Source: Octopus vulgaris (Eukaryota). From it: 64,000 nucleotides of DNA. Location: NCBI GenBank assembly GCA_951406725.2, contig CATOCA020000001.1, positions 7,006,001-7,070,000 of the forward strand, given 5' to 3'. Both the position numbers and the translations under genes were made by a program. The stretch's first letter is position 1. Every line of letters begins with the position of its first letter. Below are positions 56,009 through 64,000 of the stretch, piece by piece. The notes under the pieces were generated by a model, which did not search any database, was not told the origin of the DNA, and worked only from the letters and a program-made list of their open reading frames with translations.

Positions 56009-59000
56009 CATCATCGTCATCGTTTAATGTCCGTTCTCCATGCTAGCATGGGTTGGACGGTTTGAACGGGATCTGGGAAGCCCGAAGGCTGCACCAGGTT
56101 CCAGTCTGATCTGGCAGTGTTTCTGCAGCTGGATGTCCTTCCTAACACCAACCACTCCGTGAGTGTAGTGGGTGCTTTTTACGTGCTACCGGCACAGCTG
56201 CCAGGCGAGGCTGGCAATGGCCACAATCGGATTGGTGCTTTTTATGTGCCACCGGCACAAAAGCCAGTCAAGGCAGCACTGGCATCGGCCACGTTTGAAT
56301 GGTGTTTTTTACGTGCCACCGGCACAGGGATCACAACTACAATTTCCATTGATTTTTGATGTTGGTGTACTTGACTCAATAGGTCTCTTCAAGCACAGGG
56401 TCAAAACGGTGTTTCTTTACTTGCCACCTGCACAGGAGTCAGTCCAGCGGTACTGGCAAGTGCTGGGTACCAATCATAGGATTGGTTCAATTTCGATTTC
56501 GATTTCGATTCCGATTTCACTTGCCCCAACAGATCTTCACAAGCAGAGTTTAGTGTCCAATGAAGGGAGGTTGGCATGGGTGCCAGTCGTCGGATGAGGT
56601 TCGATTTCGAATTCAATTTCGACTTCACTTGCCTCAACAGGTCTTCGCATGTCCAAGGAAGGAAAGGCATGCACAAATGAGCTGCCAAGGGACACATGAT
56701 GGACTCACTTGTCCTGCTGGATCTTCTCACACACAGCATATTTCCAAATGTCTTGGTCACTAGTCATTGCCTCACTGAGGCCTAATGTTCGAAGGTCGTG
56801 CTTCACCACCTCGTCCCAGGTTTTCCTGGGTCTACCTCTTCCACAAGTTCCCTCAACTGCTAGGGATTGGCACTTTCTCACACACCTATCTTCATCCATT
56901 CTCGCCACATGACCATACCAGCGCAAACGTCTCTCTTGCACACCGCAACTGATGCTTCTTAGATCCAACTTTTCTCTCAAGGTACTTACACTCTGTCGAG
57001 TATGAACACCTCCATCGGAGCATACTTGCTTCATTCCTCATGAGCTTACGCATATCCTCAGCAGTCACGGCCCATGTTTCACTGCCATGTAGCATGGCTG
57101 TTCGTACACATGCGTCATACAGTCTATCTTTTACTCTGAGCGAGAGGCCTTTTGTCACCAGCAGAGGTAAGAGCTCTCTGAACTTTGCCCGGGCTATTCT
57201 TACTCTAGCAGTTACACTTTTAACACACCCGCCCCCGCTACTGACTTGGTCACCTAGGTAACGGAAGCTATCAACAATTTATAGTTTTTCTCCCTGGAAC
57301 GTGGCGGAAGTTGGTCTCTGCACATTTTCAGTGTTTATTGCTCCTGAGCATCTGCCACATACAAAAACTATCTTCCTAGTTAGCCTTCCTTTGACATTGC
57401 TGCACCTCTTAAGTGTCCATAGCTTACACTTGGTGCATCTTATAGAGTTTCTACTTATGCCTTTTCTACAGATCGAGCAGGGCCATCTACCTGAAGGCGT
57501 TTGTGGTTTGTCTACCTTCCTACTTATTAGGACTTTTGTTTTAGCTAGGTTGACTCTAAGGCCCTTCAATTCTAATCCTTGCTTCCACACCTGAAACTTC
57601 TCTTCCAGTGCTGATAGCGACTCAGCAATTAGAGCAAGGTCGTCAGCATAGAGGAGCTCCCAGGGGCATCCTGTCTTGAATTCCTCTGTTATTGCCTGGA
57701 GGACTATGATAAATAGGAGGGGGCTGAGGATTGAACTTTGGTGGACTCTTACCTCTACCCGGAATTCTTTAGTATACTCGTTGCCAATCCTCACCTTACT
57801 AACCACATCCCTGTACATGGCTTTCACAGCTCTCACTAATCATTCATCTATCCCTAGTTTCCTCATTGACCACCAGATAAGGGATTGGGGGACTCTGTCA
57901 AAGGCTTTCTCCATGTCAACGAAAGCCAGGTACAGGAGCTTATCTTTGGTTAGGTATTTCTCCTGCAGCTGTCTTACCAGGAATATAGCATCAGTGGTAC
58001 TTTTCCCTGGCACGAAACCAAACTGCATCTCATCTAAACTGACTCTCTCTCTAATCAGTTGGGCTATGACCCTCTCCGTAACCTTCATTACCTGATCCAA
58101 CAGCTTGATACCTCTGTAATTATTTGTATCTAAAGTGTCACCTTTACCTTTGTAGCAGTTGACTATTATGCTGCTACACCAGTCATTGGGTCTGACTCCT
58201 TCGTGTATCACCTGGTTAACTATACTGGTGACTAGGCTATAGCCGACACTACTAGATATTTTAAGCATCTCTGCAGTAATTCCTGGTGGGCCTGGGGCTT
58301 TCCCTGTCTACATGCTTCTAATTGCCTTAACTACTATGGAACTGTCAACTTGGATAGCTGGTCCCTCTGTTGGGTCGACATTCTGCAGACTCTCTTTATC
58401 CCATTCATTTTCTTTATTCAGCAACCTTTCATTGTGGTGTCTCCAAACCTCTCTCTTTGCATCCTCATTTAGCGCAAGTGAACCATCATCCATGTGAACA
58501 CATTTCTCTCCTACCACATCACGATTCTCTCTCACACACTGTCTTGCAACACGAAATACCTCAAGTCTTTCATCCTCACGGTGCAGGACATTGGCAAATT
58601 TTTCCTTATCTGGCTAAATAAACCTGTCTCCTAGCTTCCCTTTTGGCTGTCTGATACAATTCCCTGCTACCTCCGTTCTTCCAGTCCTTCCAAGCCTGTT
58701 TCTATTGTCTAATAGCCCTGTCAACCACATTGTTCCACCACCACGTTACCTTGGGTCGAGAGGGGACTTTGCACCAGCCACAGATCTGGTCAGTGGCTCT
58801 CAGCAGGTTGTCCCGTAGAAACCTCCAATTGTCTTCCACATTATGTGATGCTATATCCCCTTCTATTTCATCGAGGGCTTCGAGTAATACGTTTCTAAAT
58901 CTCTGCTCATTTGCAGGATCTTTAAGTCTCCAGACCCTTCTCCTCCAGGCTGGTCTTCTTCTGGGCATCCATTCAGCCCCGTTCCTGAAGTCACTAACTA

Positions 59001-59299
59001 CTAATCTATGTTGAGTGGTACATTCTTCGCCTGGGAAGGTTTTGGCATTTATAAGCAGCCCTCTTTCCCTTTTTCTGGCAAGGATATAGTCAATTTGGCT
59101 GGTGTGTCTGCTAGAACGATAGGTGACTAGGTGACAGGCAGGTTTCCTGAAGTTGGTATTGCAAACCATAAGGTCATTTGCATCGCAGAACTCCAGCAGT
59201 CCGGTTCCCTCCTCATTGCGGAAGCCCCCTGCACGTTGTCCAACATGTCCATTGAAATCACCAGCCACAAAGAGAAGGTCTCTGTCGTTCATCAACGAC
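56008..59299 (-). mobile_element. 5'-truncated RTE-clade LINE (partial APE endonuclease, RT, Cys-rich finger, 3' UTR)
   Basis: Endonuclease motifs GDFNGHVG and SQIDYIL, RT motifs through ELLYADDL, then CSIC...CTKC...C...CGRC. It has a (CAT)n tail at 56008, several stops, and (TA)n on both sides. Confidence 0.96.
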
Positions 59300-59311
59300 A
59301 TATATATATAT

Positions 59312-59351
<40 letters not shown>

Positions 59352-59363
59352 TTTATTTTAAGC

Positions 59364-59429
59364 AGCAAAAAATTCAACAAAATCTGTTACTCTGAGTTTC
59401 TCGTTGCCGTTCATCAGACAGTTTTTGCT
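59364..59429 (-). ncRNA. Minimal type I hammerhead ribozyme motif
   Basis: Minus strand reads agcaaaaa-ctgt-CTGATGA-a cg GCAA cg a-GAAAC-TCAGA-GTA-acag-...-ttttttgct. Stem I is CTGT/ACAG plus a distal helix, stem III is ACTC/GAGT, and the triplet is GUA. Confidence 0.72.
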
Positions 59430-59487
59430 AGAATATATATATATATATCGTCAACAATATATATATATATATATATATATGATGATG

Positions 59488-59519
<32 letters not shown>

Positions 59520-59521
59520 AA

Positions 59522-59924
59522 CTAGCAGTATCGCCTGGCGTTGCTCGGGTTTGTAAGGGGAATAACTATATGAGCATATTTAGAGTATAAATGTAAAGTA
59601 TAATAGCCATCACAATATGGCTAACCACAAAGGGGGGGGTGTTACTGTAGCTTTTTACATTTTGAGATTTAATAATACATTTTTAGAGAGTTACTTCCCT
59701 TATATAAACTGAGCGAAAATGCATTAAAAATACGGAAAAATTATGGTAAATTTTTTTTTAAATCGTAGACTCATCGTAGACGCGCACTAATACCCAGAAG
59801 GGCTCGATATGAATCACGACTATAAGATACCCGCTTTTGGTTAAACTGCACCGCAAAATGTGGGAGTAGTTAGGAAACTAAATCGTAGGAGACAGACACA
59901 CAACTTGACTTTTATATATAAAGA
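59522..59924 (-). mobile_element. Non-autonomous Helitron (second copy)
   Basis: Diverged reverse complement of 36669-37062: A|CTAGCAGTATCGCCTGGCGTTGCTCGGG ... CTTTTATATATAAAGA|T. Confidence 0.88.
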
Positions 59925-60375
59925 TATCTAGTCTAGTTGTCATTGTTATTGTTTCACATATCTTTTTCCATGCTGTCATGGGTTTGACTGGAACTGATGA
60001 TCCAAAAGGCTGCACTGAAGTCTAATGTTTGTTTTGGCAAGGTTTCTACAGTTGCATGTTACACTTCACATAGTATACTGGCTGCTTTTTCTGTGTCACC
60101 TGCACTAGTTAGGCTAGAAAGTATTTGCAAGACAAGGCCTCTCAACTCTGTGGGTTATATTACTATGAAAGTATGAGAGACAGGACAGGTGTCTTGCTGA
60201 AGAGGTGACTACATAGTCTCCCCTACTGGGAAGATTTTGTGTGTATATGTGTGTACACATATACATAGGTGCACACACACTACCTGAAGGAAGTGCTCCA
60301 TTATAACTGTAATTCAAAGCCTGGATCCATTACAAGGATAAAGGAATAAGAGAATCTGTCTTTTTAATTTTTCAG

Positions 60376-60490
60376 GTTGCTGACTGCTATGATGGAGATG
60401 AAGAGACTGACAACAGAATCCATCACATTTTTAATGATGAAAGAGAAAAGCAAATACAGCTACTCCAAAGAAAAACCTATGTTTAATGTT
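60376..60490 (+). CDS. MAN2A: Golgi alpha-mannosidase II, internal exon
   Basis: tttttcag|G TTG CTG...AAT GTT|gtgagt. Encodes (R)LLTAMMEMKRLTTESITFLMMKEKSKYSYSKEKPMFNV, completes the phase-2 codon from 47753, and resembles the segment after DYGxR in MAN2A. It is missing from the ORF track. Confidence 0.88.
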
Positions 60491-60964
60491 GTGAGTTGAA
60501 TGACTGCTTTTGATTTTCTTTCCTTCCTAAGCACTTCCATGACTGAAAAGAAATCTGGCATGAAAGTAATTACAAAAGATTGTTGATTCAGGATACTGAA
60601 TGGGAAATAGAGAGTCTGATGCAGTAAATAATAATTGAGGCTACTCCTTTATAAGTATTCATTGGGGGATATTCTTCAATAAATGTTTGGTCAGATCACT
60701 TTAAAACAGGAAGTTTGTATCTCAGGAGAAGTGGGAGCTGTGTCAAATTGGTTGATATCAAAAAGAGACTTTGCTTGAAATTTGTTTTTGTCCCTTGCGA
60801 CACAGTAAAATTTTCGATGCATCATTTTAGGAAAATTGTTGTTTTAAATACTTCTGTGTCATGCATTTTAAAGTGTGATTTGAGGAAGATTTGGTTGCTA
60901 TTTCTCACAAATGTAAATGCTGAGAGTAAATTACAAACTATTTCTTTTTTTTTTTTTAATACAG

Positions 60965-61032
60965 GATGAAAAAAGGGAGAAGCATTTTTCTATACCAGAA
61001 CGTTCTGTTTTGAAAATAAGTGATACTCCTCA
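60965..61032 (+). CDS. MAN2A: Golgi alpha-mannosidase II, short internal exon
   Basis: poly-T aatacag|GAT GAA...CCT CA|gtaagt. Encodes DEKREKHFSIPERSVLKISDTP, and its phase-0 start matches the previous exon. Confidence 0.82.
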
Positions 61033-61552
61033 GTAAGTAACAATTGGTAATACACCTCTGTAAATTATAATTGCAGGTACTCTGTAAGGACTGTGTACAC
61101 TTTGGACAAGTGTCTCCTATTATAGTTTCTGGTTGTTTGAAATGCTTTTGTGAGTAGAATTTGTTTGTCCCTGTGGAAACCTGTATTGTTATAGGTATGT
61201 GTATCCACACACACACACTACATACATACACTATACTTGTTAGTGATAATATATGCTTGTATAATATTTACCTGTAATTATGAGCAATGAAATCTCGATA
61301 AAAAAGTATCTCTTGCTTATAATAAACACTGCCTTTTATTGTTATTGTCTTTTAATTTTTACATGTTTCAGTGATTAGAATGTAGCCATGCTGAGGCACC
61401 ACCTTGAAGAATTTTAGTAGAATTTTTATTTAGCCTAGTACTTGTTCTATCAGTATCTTTTGTTGAACTGCTAAGTTAGAGGGGTGTAAGCATACCAAGC
61501 AGTAGTGAGGGACAAACACAAAGACACAAACATATATGCATATATACATATA

Positions 61553-62152
61553 CATCATCATCATCATCATCGTTTAATGTCCGCTTTCCATGCTAGCATG
61601 GGTTGGACGGTTCAACTGGGGTCTGGGAAGCCCGAAGGCTGCACCAGGCCCAGTCAGATCTGGCAGTGTTTCTACAGCTGGATGCCCTTCCTAATGCCAA
61701 CCACTCCGGGAGTGTAGTGGGTGATTTTTACGTGCCACCGACACAGGTGCCAGATGAGGCTGGCGAACGGCCACGCTTGGATGGTGCTTTTTATGCGCCA
61801 CCGGCACGGAGGCCAGGCGAGGCTGGCAGTGGCCACAATCGGATGGTGTTTGTCACATGCCACCGGCATGGAGGCCAGCCAATGCGGCGCTGGCAACGGC
61901 CACATTTGGATGGCTCTCTTACGTGCCACCAGCACTGGTACCACAACTACAAATTCCATTGATGTTGAGCGATTTTGATTTTCACTTGCCTCAACAGGTC
62001 TTCACAAGTAGAATTTTGTGTCCCAAGAAGGAAGGTATGCACAGGTGGACTGACTACGTCCCAGGTAGAGGCCATGGGTTATGGCCTCACTTGTCCTGCC
62101 GGGTCTTCTCACGCACAGCATACTTCCAAAGGTCTCGGTCTCTGGTCATTTC
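61553..62152 (-). mobile_element. RTE LINE 3' end fragment
   Basis: (CAT)n-CGTTTAATGTCCGCTTTCCATGCTAGCATGGGTTGGACGG, colinear with 56008-56770. Confidence 0.88.
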
Positions 62153-62334
62153 CTATATATATTTATATAATCCAAATAAGAAGACTTCAACACATCTTTA
62201 ATGGTCAGTTGTAGTTGCTTTTGTTCGAGCTCAGCTTTTAATGTAAGCTCACACAAAAGTTCCGAATGAAAATTGACATATTTGAAATCACAAAACCGTT
62301 ATAGATATGATACTCCCTACATTGAGGAACCTTA

Positions 62335-62645
62335 TTAAACTAGATCTTTGGTCAGACACAACTGATGTTATTGACTGGTTTAAGAATTTACTTTACAAAA
62401 TACAAAAAAATTCATACAGATAGATATCAACTTGTACTACTCATCTATCAAACTTGTACTTCTCAGTGAGGCTATAATCTTTGCCATCAGGAACACCTCT
62501 TTATTTAAGGACACCAACCCAATTGTAGCAGCTAGGAAAACAATATTTACTTTGAATGACAGCCTCATAAGGACAGACTAGAATATTTCAATGTAACTAT
62601 GGGTGCAAGCAACTCAGCCCAAGTTACCAATTTGGTAGGGTGAAA
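62335..62645 (+). pseudogene. Decayed Penelope-like element reverse transcriptase fragment
   Basis: Manual translation across frameshifts gives LDLWSDTTDVIDWFKNL / KFIQIDINLYYSSIK / YFNVTMGASNSAQVTNLVG. These resemble the PLE RT motifs FIxFDIxxFYPSI and FDVTMGSxDGAEVCELVG. Confidence 0.65.
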
Positions 62646-62696
62646 CTTATTGCTGCAAATTAAGTTTATCTTTCTCCATATCTTTGTGTGTGTGTA

Positions 62697-62742
<46 letters not shown>

Positions 62743-62846
62743 CATATATATATATATATATTTATAATAAGATTAGATCGTATACGAGTGGGTATATATT
62801 TGTAAAAAAGAAGTTTGAAAATGCCACTATATTAGATAAATTTTAA

Positions 62847-62890
62847 TTTTTACATGTTTCGGTTCTTGAAGTAACGAACCTTATCAAAAA
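62847..62890 (-). ncRNA. Degenerate hammerhead motif next to the Penelope RT fragment
   Basis: Minus strand reads ttt-TTGATAA-GGTTC gttacttcaa GAACC-GAAAC-AT-GTA-aaaa. Stem II is perfect and stem III is the palindrome ACATGT, but the first box has two substitutions. Confidence 0.5.
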
Positions 62891-63110
62891 GAATTTTTTT
62901 ATAATAAAGATTATAATGGAATAGTTCATAATTGTTTCATACATTCAATAGAGTCCATGCTATATACATTCAATAGAATCCATGTTCTTGAAAAGGCGAA
63001 AAATATATTATAAGGTGTAAGTCGTTCTTTACTGTTTTGTCAAGTGTAGTGCAGGAGTTCATTATAGATTTTACCTTGTGTTCCGATGGGAGCAACAGTA
63101 GTGATTCTAC

Positions 63111-64000
63111 TACCAGGCCCAGTCTGATCTGGCAATGTTTCTACGGCTGGATGCCCATCCTAACGCCAACCACTCCATGAGTGTAGTGGGTGCTTTTTAC
63201 GTGCCACCGGCACAGGGGCCAGGCGAGGCTGGCAATGGCCATGATTGGATGGTGCTTTTTACATGCCACCGGCACGGAGGCTCGTCAGGGCGGCACTGGC
63301 AATGGCCACGTTCGGATGGTTCCCTTACGTGCTGCCAGCACTGGTATCACAGCTGCAATTTCCATTGATGTTGATCGATTTCGAGTCTGATTCTCACTTG
63401 CCTCAACAGGTCTTCACAAGTAGAGTTTTGTGTCCCTAGAAGGAAAGGTATGCATAAGTGGGCTGGCTACATCCCAGGTAGAGGCCATGGGTTATGGTCT
63501 CACTTGTCCTGCCAGGTCTTCTCACGCACAGCATATTTCCATAGGTCTCAGTCTCTGGTCATTTCCTCAGTGAGACCTAAAGTTCGCAGGTCATGCTTCA
63601 CCACATCCCAGGTTTTCCTGGGTCTACCTCTTTCACAGGTTCCCTCAACCGCTAGGGTGTGGCGCTTTTTCACACAACTATCTTCATCCATTCTCGCCAC
63701 ATGACCATACCAGCGCAAACGTCTCTCTTGCACACCACAACTGATGCTTCTTAGGTCCAACTTCTCTCTCAAGGTACTTACACTCTGTCGAGTATGAACA
63801 CTGACATTACACATCCATTGGAGCATACTGGCTTCATTTCTTGCAAGCTTACGCATATCCTCAGCTGTCATGGCCCATGTTTCACTGCCATGTAGCATGG
63901 CTGTTCGCACACATGCGTCATACAGTCTGCCTTTTGTCACCAGCAGAAGTAAGAGCTCTCTGAACTTTTCCCAGGCTATTCTTACTCTAGCAGTTACGCT
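63111..64000 (-). mobile_element. RTE LINE fragment (ORF C-terminus and 3' UTR), continues past the window
   Basis: LYDACVRTAMLHGSETW...RRLRWYGHVARM...GRPRKTW, colinear with 56090-57220. Confidence 0.92.

Noticed and set aside
53717-59301. RT and endonuclease ORFs as an active retroelement or novel RT system
   Set aside because: Both copies are 5'-truncated with multiple stops and frameshifts. They are ordinary dead RTE LINEs.

Overview
Eukaryotic, repeat-rich animal DNA. The SINE and RTE repeat style suggests a coleoid cephalopod such as Octopus (inference). Bases 1-36250 are about 96 tandem copies of a ~345-420 bp satellite containing two (GA)n tracts. Its monomer shifts stepwise from variant A (left) to variant B (right), and the recurring 'MKVFMLQLAF...ERER' ORFs are artefacts of it. 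Bases 36250-64000 hold four internal, phase-compatible + strand exons of a Golgi alpha-mannosidase II (GH38, MAN2A-like) gene, so the satellite probably lies in one of its introns. The introns are filled with decayed mobile DNA: six RTE-type LINE fragments, two non-autonomous Helitrons, piggyBac derivatives, Tc1/mariner remnants, tRNA-derived SINEs and a Penelope-like RT fragment. The least obvious signal is a set of about seven type-I minimal hammerhead-ribozyme motifs, mostly next to (TA)n tracts and some inside long palindromes. Two have near-canonical cores (44306-44381 +, 59364-59429 -). All coordinates were read by eye.
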